A stretch of 64,000 bases of DNA from Azolla caroliniana (Eukaryota > Plantae > Polypodiophyta): the NCBI GenBank assembly GCA_043228905.1, contig JBHGNT010000011.1, forward strand, positions 11,098,001 to 11,162,000, given 5' to 3'. Position 1 is the stretch's first letter. Each line of letters opens with the position of its first letter. A model generated the notes under the pieces. That model worked only from the letters and a program-made list of their open reading frames with translations. It was not told the DNA's origin and made no database searches. This document shows, piece by piece, positions 50,109-63,740 of this stretch. The position numbers and the translations under genes are program-made.

Positions 50109-50479
50109 TAGGAATCAACAATGGTTCAATTTTAGCTTAACCGATTTAGCCTAGTCTGAACCAAACCGGTTAAAACTTAATTGATTTGGAAGTTTTCAAA
50201 CTTGAACCGAGTTGGCTCCTAAATTAGTTAAGGCTTAACTGGTTTGACCAAACCAGTTAAGCATAAACTGATTTATCCAAACCTATTAATCCTTAACTAG
50301 TTTGGGAACTAGTTTAGCCCAAAACAATCAGTTCGACATGAGCCATCTCAACCTGAACTCAAACCGGTTACGGAAGCTCAAGCCTAAACCAAACCAAACC
50401 AAACCACTAAACCACTAAATCGTTTAAAAATAATTTAACGATTCGATTTAGGCTTGAGCTGAGTTGGTGCCGATTCCTA
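50109..50479. mobile_element. hAT-type MITE
   Basis: TIRs TAGGAATC / GATTCCTA; 8-bp TSD GTTGCCCA / GTTGCCCC; dense AAACCG/AACCGG subterminal motifs. Confidence 0.82.
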
Positions 50480-52662
50480 GTTGCCCCACCAAGTTTTTTT
50501 GGTGCACAAATATGGCTCCAAACCACCCAAGTTGTTTTGGTGAATCATGATTGACTAGACCTCTTTTTGTCTAACATGAACGTTCCATTACAAAATTGCC
50601 ATCAATAGAATAACCCAAATGCTGACAAATTATACTACCTTGTAAGGTTATCCCTGTCTAGCCAAATGCCTCCAAATATCTTAAACATAACATGAGAAAT
50701 AGATTTGTGCATAATGATCTTTAGATCAATATAGGCTATTGCAAATGATTCCCATACTTGCATTGCCTATGTGATGCTATCACATGAGGCTCTCAAAAAT
50801 AGTATTTGGTCATCTACTAATGCTTGTGATGTTAAGCATTTCCCAATGGTAAGGAACATCTATCCAACTCTTATCTCTAGCCATATTGGCACAACATTAC
50901 CAATATTAGATATGTGACAATAGTAAATAGGAAAGATCATAAAGACTTGAGGTTGAAGGAGATCATTCTTTATTGTTGAGAATCAAACTCAACTTCTCTA
51001 GTGTGGAACACACACCTTAGTATACTAAAGTGTGTGAGCACCCCACCTAGTATATAGTAACTAACTAGTGTATCATAAAACTTTAAGTCCTATGACACAT
51101 ATTTCCTAAATAGTTAAGACTCCACCTCTTTCCCAAGAGGCGGTTCTAGTGAGAGAACTTAGAGAGAAGGTGACTACATAAGCGCCTTCTCCTTCTCTTT
51201 GTAATTGTTGGTTCATTCTTGCTCATTGTTAATACAATTATCTTGTTTTCTATATACATTGTGTTCTCTCTTTCTCAGACACACACATATCTCTTTCGCT
51301 ACACAAAATTACTCTCGATTCTTTACATTTATCAACCAATGTATATAACTTTAGAGCCAAACATGTATAAATTTCACCCGATATGTGATTGTAACATGAG
51401 TTCTCTCATAGATTATCTTATTACCAATAAAACATTTATTCTCTTTTTATCCTTCTCGATCTTGTGAATTTAAGTAAAAAATTAAACGATTAATTAGTAC
51501 TAAGATTAAGCTATTTGAAAGTCATAAGTCTTGTTAATCAACTTAGATTGTTAGATCAAACGTGCATGAGGTACTACTAATTGGATTCTACCTGTGTGAG
51601 ATAGAACATCATCCCTAAGATCTACACCTCGTGGTTGTTCAATTAACTGCAAGTTCTGCATAGACAGGCACAAATGAGATGTGTAACCTCACCGTTTGTA
51701 AGTAGGGACATCCTTCAAGTAGACTAATGGATACCTTTGGTAGGCACATATATATAAGCTTGAGCACCCATGGATAGAAGGTTGACATACACTAGCTGAA
51801 ACTCACATAAACTTAAAATAGGGTTGATAACACTTTGCTACCACGATGGAGTTGCATAACACCTAGTAATAAAAGGCAATGTATGCCTTATGATTGCAAT
51901 GAAACAACCTTCACTAGTCAATTTCTTGATAACAAAGTCACGATTCCATGTTGGCTCAATCTACCATCACCAACAAACCACTTGACATTTTCATAAAAAC
52001 CTCCAACATGTTTGACAAAAACCACCCTCACACAGTTCGACATAGTGCCAAACAACTTGTTGGACAACTCCCAAATCGGGTCTAATAGGTCCAACAACTA
52101 GGAAAGTAGATAGAAATAGAAATAGAAATGAAGAACTAAAAATAATAATGAAGTTACTAAACAAGAATAATGACTAGAAGAAAGAAAAAGTACCACATTA
52201 AGCAAAATTGTAAAAGTTTGTATAAGACTTCTTTGACCACTAGTGTTTCGAATTCCCCAAGAGTTTCTGAAAAGATTTACCAATTATTGTTGATGCACAC
52301 CAACTCCCTGACAATGATGGCAAATGATAAGTAAAATAGTAGTTCTTAGTACTTAACATACGACAAGTGTATACCTAGACGATTTGTTGTTATGGAGATT
52401 AGGTGAACAAAAACCTTATAATTGACGAGACAAATGAGAGGTGTCAACCACAATTCAGCATGTCACCTGAATGAACTAGATTACGTGATAAGTCATCCTC
52501 ATAAACTCTTTCTTATACTAGATTAGACAATACAAATGTATTATTGAAAAATAATAAATTTACATGCTTAATGGTACTTAATCAATTATTTGATGAGTGT
52601 GAGAGCACATGAAATCACTTGCCAACAACACACTCATATCTATTAACTAAATTAACGTCACC

Positions 52663-52740
52663 CTTATAACGAAAGATATAGCCCAAACACTTAATATCAA
52701 AGCTTAAAGTTTCAGCACAAGAACTTGAGGGTCAAAGTTA

Positions 52741-52789
<49 letters not shown>

Positions 52790-52871
52790 CACTCTTATAA
52801 CGAAAGATATAACCCAAGCACTTAATCTCAAAGCTTAAAGTTTCAACACAAGAACTTGAGGGTCAAAGTTA

Positions 52872-52940
<69 letters not shown>
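52663..52940. repeat. ~130-bp tandem duplication, each unit ending in (TG)n(AG)n
   Basis: CTTATAACGAAAGATATA...GGTCAAAGTTATGTG occurs twice. Confidence 0.88.
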
Positions 52941-52943
<3 letters not shown>

Positions 52944-55900
52944 AAGAAAGTTTACCAAAAAATAAAAAAATAAAAAAATAAAGATATATTAACGTCTTCT
53001 AAGGCCAAAATTGGCCCATGAGAGAAATGGTTTACAACAAAAAATGGGATATTTACCCATTCATTGAAAGTAAAAAATAAAAATAAAAATAGAGTTTTAA
53101 GCTAAATAGTTCTAGTAAAATAACAAACATGTTCTATATAAAAAACATGTTCTACAATGAAAATGATGTTATACTAGGCCTAATTAATTTCCATCCAAGT
53201 CTCTCGAAGAGAAGCGAGAGGTCAAAGGGTTTCGATGTGGATGTGGCCCGTGGTCCCAATGTAAAAGGTACCCCAACTATAGCTTCTAGTCGACATAGCT
53301 CACGTTCCCTTATCTTCTTAATATTTTCTACTCCGTGTCGACTTGTTTTGAAGCCCAACATCCGAGGGCGTTTGGTTGTTCTTTGCATTTCGGCTTCCTC
53401 AAGAGAGAGGCTGAGCGGCGTAAGTGTATCCACATTCATCGTCTCCCCTTGTTCCTGAAAAATTACACTAGTTACAACTTGATGAATAGTAAAAGGGTTC
53501 TGGTTAACACTTTGTAATTTATTCTCCCTATGTTGTTTTAGCTCTAAGATATACCTACCTAGTCTCTTTACATCCGAGGTATCTAATAGTTTGGAGAGGT
53601 TGGGAGAGGGTCCTAATATGTCTTGGTATTCCACTCGTATCTCGGCATAAGTTGGGCACTTGCATGTGAAGTGATACTGATCCTCTATCTCTATGTGGCA
53701 CAACCTACATAGCCTTTCCTCTCTAGAGACTCTATTAGCCCAACCACTCTCAATCTCAAGTTGGTGAGATGATATCCTAAGTTGTCCAATGGCCACCCTT
53801 AGTGCATTTGAAAAGAATCTCGTGTAATAAAACCTAATTGAGAGAAGTGCAAGAAGTGTTCCTTATAGTACAACATTTTAGATGGGAGTGGCTCTCGTGG
53901 GGTGATCCATTTATATCAAGTGTAAATTTGCCATATTTCTTGGCGTATCACTTTATTACGGTCTTCATGAGATATTAGAGTTTGATCAGTCCCATGGTTG
54001 TACTTAAGGGGGGGTAGGTTATTAATGTCTATGCCGTTTGCAAGTAAACCAACTCACCACAGTGCTATACCAAGACCTAGTGTCTCCAGACGCATGTAGG
54101 GATTGGGATGCCTCAAAGGGTTGACGGGATATCCTATCTTGTGGTTGGCTATGTATCCGATGCATAAAAACTACCACTTGAAAAAGTGCTTCTACTAACA
54201 TCGGGGGCAGATTGAACTCTGATCTAATAATGTCATGTGGTATTGTCGATTTGCTTCAGAGTTGACGTGATAACATCGCCACCAAAGGTCTCTCTAATTG
54301 CATCCACATGAAAGATGGTAGACCTAGAGCCCATACTACTGATGCATACATGAGGGAAGGGGTCACTAATGAGTCGAAGAGCCATCCCTTAGTTCGTAGA
54401 TCTTGAAAGTATGCATGGTGGCATTGTCTCTCTAAGAGTGAGAGGGATGCATACCCTCTCATTAGCCTATCTTTGGTTGCCTGGGTCATCGAGAATTTAC
54501 CTGAGCGAGCACTAAAAAGTGACTCCCAAGTATACATATGATCCAACTACCTCAACTAGTTTATGAGAGAGGATTAGGTGACATTTACTCCTAACTCGGG
54601 ACGATGTATGAAAGATAAGGACTTTAGTTTTTGCTAGATTCATTACCAGTCCTCATTGTGTACAAAAGTCATCTAGGGCATTAAGATGCTTTTGTAGGTC
54701 GTGTTCCGACTCCGAGAGGAAGACAATGTCGTTTGCATAGAGAGACTAACTTGTGTATCCCCAATAGCTACTCCCTTGCCTCCCTTATGAGCAATAAAAT
54801 CAGTGATCTCATCAATGTAGATCCCAAAAAGAGTCAATGATAGGGGGCAACCCTGTTTTACACCAATGGTGCTAGTGAAACAATCGGATAGGCCACCTGG
54901 GCATCTTACGCACCCAGAGACTTGCTCATATAGGGCATAAATGGCCCAGATCATGTCCTTTGGTATCTTCAAGCTCTTAAGTCTATCAAACAACTTCTCC
55001 CTAGGAACTGTCAAAGGTTTTGCGGAAGTCCACAAAGCAACAATATAGTTTCTTCTTACGAGCCTTCGTTTGGTCAATTAAGCACCTAAGTGTGAAGATA
55101 TGGTCAATAGTGGAGAAGGCTCGTCTAAAGCCTGCCTGCTCAGGTGCTTGAAGACTTCATGTTTCCATATAATCGTTGAGTGCCGCTTCCATTACCGCAC
55201 CGTTTAGTTTAGCGAGCGTATGACCTATCATAATGGTCCTATATGTATTTGGGTCCATTGGGTTCCCTCCTTTATGTATAGGGGCCATTGTGTTCATGGT
55301 CCATTGTGGTGGAAAACCCTCGGTGAGGGTGCAGTTGAAGATTAGAGTGAGAAAGGGGGCTAGGCACTCTCAAGCATATATGATGTGCTCGGCTCGCAAT
55401 CCTGTGTGGTCCATGGATTTCCTATGTTGTAATTTTTTTATGACCTTTGTGACCCTAGAGGTCGTGAAAAGTGTCCCCAGGGTAGGTCGAGGTGTGGAAG
55501 GCATTGGAATGGGTGGTGTTGAAGATTATAGTGAGAAAGGGGGCTAGGCACTCTCGAGCATATATAATGTGCTCGGTTCGCAATCCTGTGTGGTTCATGG
55601 ATTTCCCATGTTGTAATTTTTTTATGACCTTCGTGACCCTAGAGGTTGTGAAAAGTGTCCCCATAGTAGGTTGAGGTGTGGAAGGCATTGGAATGGGTGG
55701 TTGGTTTGGGACATGGTAGAGTCTCTCGATATATGTGTGCCAAATATTGGGATCCTCGATGGGTGTTTGTGGTCACGGTTCTCGTAGTCTCTTCCATGCA
55801 AGGGTGTAATCCCTACTCATCAACATATGGTAGAGTTCCCAATATTGAGATGCTTCCCAAGCTCGTCTTTTACGACGTGTCATCTTGCGCATCTCTTTGC

Positions 55901-56415
55901 GAGCCTATACTGAGGAAATAGTACCACTAAGTCGCGACACTTTAAGTTGTCTATAAAACGCTCTACAATCCTCGTCATACCACTTGTTCTGTGGCATAGA
56001 CCCTATTCTACTATGATTGGAGTGTTTCGTGTATGGGAAGCTACTAATTGCTGCTGAGTGAAGGATGTGTGCGAGTTTTGTAGTGAGGTTCTCTAAAGGC
56101 AAGGAAGAATCAAAAGAGGAGAGATGTCTTGAACATGTCAGGAGTAGATGTCAGGAAGCTCATGCGTGAAATGTATTATGGCGTGATGGTTTGGTTGACT
56201 AGAGTTGGTGGCGTGGGAGGTGTCACATTTTAGCTCAAAGTATAGGAAGCTATGGTCTGCACCAATGGGACATGGGGCCACCCGAAAGGAGTTAACCATG
56301 TGGGTAGCTTCAGGGCGTCCTATTAGGTAATCAACTGTGCTTTCCCCTCCTCCATGTGGGAAACATGTGAGCGCTTCCGAGCCCGGCCACTTGGCTAAGC
56401 CATTATATATGATCA
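52941..56415 (-). mobile_element. RTE-X-like LINE (endonuclease C-terminus, RT, CCHC finger), decayed and interrupted at 56416 by a copia
   Basis: ESTVDYLI...GADH endonuclease end; GVKQGCPLS RT; LRISSHQLEIESG...RLCRLC...EDQYHFTCKCP zinc finger. The 3' end runs into (CT)n on its own strand. The clade label is inferred from the motif pattern. Confidence 0.88.
55334..55701. repeat. 184-bp tandem duplication inside the LINE ORF
   Basis: Units start at 55334 and 55518 and break the reading frame. Confidence 0.92.
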
Positions 56416-56631
56416 TGTTAGGATTTCGGTTCCTTCGGATGGCCCAGTGAGAACCTCTCACCGGATGAAGGGACATATATGGAAATATGTTTTTTGAGAG
56501 CCCATTGGGGCTATATCTGTAAATAGTCCTAATGTCATATTAGTATAAATATGACCTAGGGCAAACAGAGAGTGTATCATTGTGTTGTCATTATCTTGTA
56601 TAGAGTCATTCGCGTAACTATTGTACAGAGC

Positions 56632-56678
<47 letters not shown>

Positions 56679-58261
56679 TCTGTTGTAACCGCCACCAGGC
56701 GAAGATTGTGAGCATGAGGTCGCTGCCTCTGTGTTTACCTGTTGTATTCCTCTCCACATAGTGATAGTTGGAGTTTGTGAACTCCTGTAGTTTTTCCCAT
56801 TTAGGGTTTTTTACGAAAACATACTGTGTACTCTCTTTCAGTGTTTTGTGTATACGTTCATCTATCTCCACATTCCCTTTGCTGTGTTTGTAATTCTCAA
56901 TGAAGTGATTGAAGACTCGGTTGTGGCTGATCATTATTCCGCATATTCTCTACAATCTGGTATCAGAGCGAAACGACACAGAAAATGGAAGATTCGTTGG
57001 GAGGCATGTTCAAGCTCACCGGCTCCAACTACTCAGTGTGGAAATCAATGATGAAGGACATGCTCGTGGTCAAAGATCTCTGGTTGCCGGTTCAGTTTGG
57101 GGACAAGAGACCGGACAAGATCGACGCCACAGTGTGGGAGGTGATGCACATGAGGACAACAACTTACATCCAGTGCTTCATCGACATGAGCCTGTACAAC
57201 AACTTCAATGAAGAGAGCAAGGCTCATGAACTCTGGGAGAAGATCGGCATTATGTTTCAGAACAAAAATGCTGTTAATCGGGTTTTGGTATTTCGGAAGC
57301 TAGTGAGGCTCTGGTACCAAGATGGCTCCAGTATGGCGGAGCACATGAATACCTTCCATGGGCTGATTCACCAGGCAACCTCGTTGGAAGTACCTCTCGT
57401 CGATGAGGTACTTGCTCTACTCCTGCTCGGTTCCGTCCTGGATAGCTGGGAGACGTTAGTTGTCACTTTGGGCAACACCGGGCTGGAAGGAAAACAGTTA
57501 TCCCTCCCAAGAGTCAAGTCGAGCTTGCTAGATGAGGAGGCACGTCAAAAAGACAAGGATACGAGCTCCGACTCCAAAGCGCTCCTTATCGAATCGAAAC
57601 GTGGAAGACAAAGGAATCGGAGTCCCCAGAATCGGGAAAAGTCGGGGACGCGGTTAAAGTCAAGGGGGAGGCCCACTTGCTTCTATTGCGGCAAGCCGGG
57701 ACACTTCCAGAAGAACTGTCGGCATTTCCAGAAAGATAAGGGAACCGACAATACCGATTCGAAGAAGTCACCGGCCCGAAACGGTTCGGATCAGCGAGGA
57801 CCGGACCGGAAGGGAACGACGACAATCGCGGCAAGTGAAGAGGAGTTGATGCTCATCACCGAGGAGAGTGAGTTGAACCTTGCCGGTGACGAGACAACGT
57901 GGGTTATCGATTCCGGAGCGTCGTTCCACCTGAACCCGGACTAGAAATGCTTCTCATCCTACACAACCGGTGAGCACAACTGTGTCCAGATGGGGAATGA
58001 AGGGACATGCCGAACTGTCGGCATAGGAGACGTGTGGCTGACAACACCAACCGGATGCAAGTTGCAGCTGAAGGATGTCCGACACGTTCCAGAGGTTCGA
58101 CTGAATCTGATATCAACCGGGTGGCTAGATGATGAAGGCTACATGGGTAGCATCCGGAACGGAGTCATGAAGTTCAACAAAGGGAGCCTAATAGTGGCTC
58201 ACGCCCGGAAAGTCAACACACTGTACCTAACAAATGCCCGATTATGCCGGGAAGAAGTGAA
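56416..58261 (+). mobile_element. Ty1/copia (Tnt1/Tork-like): 5' LTR, gag, protease; interrupted
   Basis: LTR 56416-56954 (TG...CA); Met PBS TGGTATCAGAGC at 56958-56969; gag from 56985 with CFYCGKPGHFQKNC; protease WVIDSGASFH. Confidence 0.92.
56985..58260 (+). pseudogene. Copia gag-protease
   Basis: ORF 56985-57944 continues in frame after a stop (LKDVRHVPEVRLNLIS). Confidence 0.88.
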
Positions 58262-61200
58262 TGTTAGCCGACCGGCAAGGGAAGTCTAGAATGGGAAAAA
58301 GGGGGATAATTAATAATCGGGAGCTGATTATTTATAATATAGAATTATTATGATTTGGAGAAGCGAACGAACAGACCCGGAATCGATATGCTAATCCGGA
58401 TCCGCACCGGTTCGTAGCCTGTTGCCGGTTGGCACTGGTTTGTACCTAGAGCCGGAGACCTATAAAAAGGGCCCGGTTAGATTGTAATCATGAGCGGATA
58501 ATTAATAGAGTGTTGTTGTTTTTTATCTGAATCAATGTTAATTGCCGTTCTGTGCTAAGTGTAATTCATCTTACACGTGTATTGTGACTAATGATCTTGC
58601 CGATTAGTAACCAATTAGGGTTTCATTAATAGTCGGTCTAAGTTTGTCTCACCGCAACACCCCTTTGGTGAAGTGTCTCAAGGGACACCCTGTGTTAGGC
58701 CATTGTTCGGCCCTATCGATAACACAGTTTTTGGCGACCACGATTCCTGCACAAACACAACGAACAACGGCGAGCATGGATGACTAGACCAACAAACGAC
58801 CCGGTTACGGAGCGAGCAAGAAGACTTGCCGAACGATTGTGGAAGCGAGAGGCTTTCAAGCAGGTGGAAGAGATCCGTGCGGATTGATCATTTTCCAAAG
58901 TAATCTGGCGAGTGGCCGCGGAGTCAGTCCGTGTGTAGCAGACTCCCCACCTGGACGAAGGAAGCAGCTTGAGTAGTCTCCGGGATGCGGAATCCATTCT
59001 GCAAGCATTAGCGATAGGGGAAGGCGCTTCGGAACCATTTTTGGCCTTCAAATCGGATTCAAACGGCGAATGTAGTGCCCATTCGAATTACCGTAGTAGC
59101 CACGACACCCGAAACGGACCGGAGGACGAGTAGTCGGATACCTTGCCGACACCAGAACCGAAGTTAACGGAACTGGAAGCCCTAGACCGGCAAGTGGCGG
59201 ATCAACTTCTGACACCGCCACGTGAAACACCGAAAGAAGCTGAGGAAAGACCTCCGACATTGAAAGAAGAGGAGGAAAGACCTCTGACACCGAAAGAAGA
59301 GGTGGAAAGACCTCCGACACCACTAGCCCGTGTTCCGACACCGGACGACGACATGCCGTTCCAATATCCCAAGTACCGGGATGATCCGGACGCGGAAGCT
59401 CATGTCCATGCATTTCTACAAACATGGGAAGCAAACAATGTGTCGCAACGCTTGACTGCCGCTGAAGTAGAACGCTCGAAGATTGCAGAGTTCGGCATGA
59501 CCTTGGAAAGACCAGCCGCGCAATGGCGCTTGACGCACCCTCCCGGCACCATCACGACGTTTGAGGACTTAAAAACTAGATTTTTACAGTTCTTCAACAA
59601 GGAGGTGGATCAACAGGAGATGGTCGGCCCATTCTATACCACACGGTAGGAACCTATGGAAACCATTCAACAATTCGTAATCCGGTTCCAGCGAATGTAC
59701 AACCAGCTAAATCGGGCACCATCGGAAGCAGAGGCTAAAGCAATATTCCTAGCAGCACTCCGGGAACCCCTGCGTACGGTGTGTGCAGTGATTGATTTCC
59801 GCACAACACGATCGACCAAGTCATAGAACGGGTCAGGGAGATGGAGAAAACAAGCTCATGGCTAACAATGGGGGCACTCCAGCGTACATTACCGATAGAA
59901 GAAGACCTACGTTTTTGGAAAGCTATACAATGTGCGACTTGTCTCAATGCCAGGCACTCGGCAATAGAATGTACCATGCAGAGATAGTGCATGTTATGCC
60001 ATTCCAGGGTGCATACAATGGACCGATGCGAATATAACTTGCTGAACTAGCAAGCGGCACTGGTAAGGAAAATCGAACCCCAGAGTAACCGAGAGGAGGA
60101 AGAAGAACGCTAGCGGCGAGATGAGAGTTACCGGCTGGCGCAAGATGTTCGGTCCCCGGGATCACTCCCCCGGTTACAACCAACTGAGGGAGGATCAAGG
60201 CAATTATGAAAACTGGCCCCGACAGGGTTATCGGAACAAAAAACGCTTCAACAAAAAATGGAACGTTAGAAAGGAGGACCACCAAGTACCCAACCGGACC
60301 AAGGCCAAATACCTAACCAACCACCAATAGGACCTCAACCGGGTACCGGAGCGAACGCTGAATTCAACAACACTCGGAAAGCGTACTGCTACTATTGCCG
60401 GCAGGAAGGACATTACAATAATCAATGCCCGGTTAAAAGTTACGAGAAACGGCCAGTAGTAAACATGGTGGTAGCAGAAGTCGTCGACACACAAGAAGTC
60501 ACCACCAGGGCAAAAGGCAAAACATTGGAGTGGGAAACACAGGAGGCAATCCGAAAGCAAGCTACCGAGTGGGTGAAAAAGGCAAATGAGCGGAATGTGG
60601 CTGAGCGTGAACAACAAAAGGAGAAACCGGAAGAGGCCACCGACACGATTCAACCGGAAAACCGAACATGGCAAGCGTTACAAGAATGTCAAATTACGTT
60701 GCCATTGGGTTGGTTATTACAGCTAGTGCCCCAGTTTACGGAAGGGCTGAAATCAGGAATGACCACATCAAATCCATTGCCGGCTCCTGCGTTCTTCTCA
60801 AATCCAGAAGAAGGGCCAGCAGTGGTGGACACAAACAGTCCGGCAATCACCACCATCGTCAAAGGAGGAGAACAACCAGGGATGATTGTGGACGGAGGAT
60901 CGGGCGTGAACGTGATTTGTCTACGGACTTGTAATACCCTAGGAATCCAGGAATGGGAGCCTTGCCTGTTTTGGCTCCGGATGGCAGATACATGTTCGGT
61001 TAGACCTACCGGTTTGATACGGGATTTAGACGTAACTATCGGAGGACACGCATTCTGCATTTCGGCAGTGGTTCTCCAGCTCAATGTACAAGGGGCTTAC
61101 CCATTGTTGTTGGGCCGCCCATGGCTAAAAACGGCGTATATCAAACAAAACTGGTGGACAAACATGATTACCTTCTGGCAAGGAAAGGCTAAAGTAAGGG

Positions 61201-62019
61201 TACCTACCCACCCTCGATCGAGTACCGACAAGGAGCTGACACCACTATATGCGGAAGGTGTAAACTTGCTCGAGGGGCTTGCTGACGAAGAGGTCGACCA
61301 ATACTTAGAAGAAAACCCAAAAATTATACCCCTATTTGAAATCGATCTAGCAGAAGCAGTGTCACCATATATAACGCAATCGGATGATGCCGGCGAGGAA
61401 CCGGATAGGGAAGCTATTAGAGAATTACGGCAATCACAGGAAGTTCTCGAGAGGGAGATGGCGGTATCCCAATGCGTCAAAGCATCCCAGTTAGAGGAAG
61501 TGAACTTAGGAACCGGGGACGACGCAAGACCGGTTCATATTGCTAAGGAAATGTCATTGGACAACAAGATGGCGATGATCACTTTATTAAAGGAATTCCG
61601 GGACGTATTTGCCTGGTTCTATGAAGACATGCAGGGGTTGGATCCTCAGTTGTACCAACACCAGATACATCTCAGTAAGGATGCCAAACCAGTAGCACAA
61701 TGACCTTACTGGATGAACCCTAACTATGCGGCAAAGGTCAAAGAGGAAATTGACAAGTTGCTATGGGTTGGTTTTATCCGACCAGTGAAAAAAGTGACAT
61801 GGTTAAGTCCCATAGTCGTCGTGCCAAAAAAGAACCGTAAGATCTGGGTGTGCGTCGACTACCGGAAACTCAATGCGGCAACAATGACTGACGCCTTTCC
61901 ACTTCCATTTACGAATGGAGTGCTGGACGCGGTAGCTGGTTATGAAGTGTATAGCTTCCTAGACGGTTTCAACGGCTACAATCAAATAAGGATGCACCCC
62001 GAAGACCAAGACAAGACGG
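58262..62019 (+). mobile_element. Ty3/gypsy non-chromovirus-like element: 5' LTR, gag, protease, partial RT; interrupted
   Basis: LTR 58262-58724 (TGTTA...TAACA); PBS TGGCGACCAC at 58732 (tRNA-Arg-like); gag with 30-bp TPKEEEERPP repeats; protease IVDGGSGVNV; RT WLSPIVVVPKKN, CVDYRKLN, SFLDGFNGYNQI. Confidence 0.88.
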
Positions 62020-63440
62020 TGTCGTGGAGAAAACCGTCCCTAGGAGAAATCAGTGGATGATATGCGTGAACCGGGCCTTACACACGGGCACATGTTTTGA
62101 TAGATTTATATAAATAGTTAAGTACAGGCCGAAGAGGTAACTATCCTAGGTAGCACTAGTTCATTAAGTAGGGAATCAAGGAGAATAATAGGAATTAAAC
62201 GGTCTGTAAACGACTCTCTCCTTGTGCTATAAAGGAAGAGGAAAGGGGCTTGAGTAGGGATCGCATGCTGAGGGGACGAAGTGCTGTCGGATTGGGAACT
62301 GTGCTCTCTCCTCCACCATTGTTGTCGCTTCTATAAGGATTTGGGTTAGGTTGGTTGCTTCTAATGCGTGAAAGCCCCCGTGCTTCCGGTAGAGGCTCCA
62401 CCACGTATTTCAGGGTGTGCGTTCATCTGTGTTTGGTTTATCACTGGCTTGCCGGTTGTAACATTGCAAGTTGTAATCTATATTGTTATTGGATTCGATT
62501 CTTTCATTTTCTGTCTCTCTATGTTTTTGTGAGTCTCTCTCTTTCTCTCCCTCTCACACTCCTCAGTTCAGGGCCCCTGCGGTCCCGCCTTATTTCCTAT
62601 GCGTGAGCGTAACAACACGACATTAATTTGGTGAACCCGACGTGAAATAAGGCGGCAGAGGAATAAAAAATGAGGGGATCAAAGCTCGCCGAAGCCATGG
62701 CGGCAGCAGTAGATCGGATAGTAAGTGCTCACGAGGGCATGGCCGCCCTCGATAGGGTCATCAAAGCAATCGTCGGCACAATAGGACGGTTCGATGGGAA
62801 GGACGCCACAAGTTATTTGGTGGCCTACCAAGCCGAGATGGTGATGAGGGAAATCCCGGAAGAAAGATGTCTGGCTGGGTTCCCTCAGGTAGCGACACCG
62901 GGCATCCACGTAGAGGTGCTCGAGGTGCAGGCTGGATGCTGGACCTAGGGTGAATTTGAAGCACAGTTGCTCGACCAGTATGGGTTTGATGACACGCTTC
63001 GGTTATTGAAGTGGGATTTTATGGATTGGGTAGAGACTCCAGGAAAGGGGAGGAATGTGTCGGTGCTCCTCCGGGAGTTCGAGGAACGCTTCGCACGACT
63101 TTCGGTGCCGGACAAGACCGTACTGGACACGAGCCGTGTCCTTTTATTCGTCAAAGCTGTGGACGTGAGGGATCGGGAGCAAGTGGGTCTCCTGCTGGAG
63201 ACGGACGATGGGCCGACGACCGACTGGGCCATGGTAAAGGGGGTCTGCGGCCGTTTCGACAAAGGGTGTGACTGGGTCGACAAGAGCTCATCAGGGGCAG
63301 GAGGGGTTTCGGCGAGAAACCTCAAGGGATCCCCGCCGGCGTACAAGGAGGAAACCCGGGGTTGGCTTGAGACAGGCTCATCCAACATGGTCAAGGGGCC
63401 GTCTGGCGGAGCGGCCGTGGTGGAGCTGACGTAGATCGTA
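62020..63440 (+). mobile_element. LTR retrotransposon (probably Ty3/gypsy) with a tRNA-Trp PBS: 5' LTR and gag fragment
   Basis: LTR 62020-62622 with 7-bp TIR TGTCGTG/CACGACA; PBS TGGTGAACCCGACGTGAA at 62629-62646; gag-like ORF pieces at 62670-63434 (GRFDGKDATSYL). Confidence 0.82.
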
Positions 63441-63729
63441 CGTGAAAAAGATTATGTGCGGAAGCAATAGAAAAACGAACACAGAAAAATACGTAGGTTT
63501 AATGGAGAGCTTGAATATACATAGTACGTGGGAGAGACAGAGAGAGAACACACAGAAACTCAATTCAAAATAATACTCAATTTGTACATACACCGTGATC
63601 AGTGAGCACCTTTTATACAAGCCCTGACAATAGGGCTGACACAAGTAGTGATAGTACTTAACCAGTCATAAATGAGCCTACTATACTAACTCCCAAAATT
63701 ATTCCTTATGAGCAATATCTTCCAAACGG
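63441..63729 (-). mobile_element. Partial LTR related to copia elements 1 and 2
   Basis: GTGAAA...GTGCGGAAG end, AG-rich block and TTTATACAAG.CC in the same order as in the LTR at 7574-7981. Confidence 0.6.
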
Positions 63730-63740
63730 TGTCGTGAAGA

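Noticed and set aside
50910-51305. Possible additional LTR
   Set aside because: LTR-like composition, but I found no partner, PBS or TSD.
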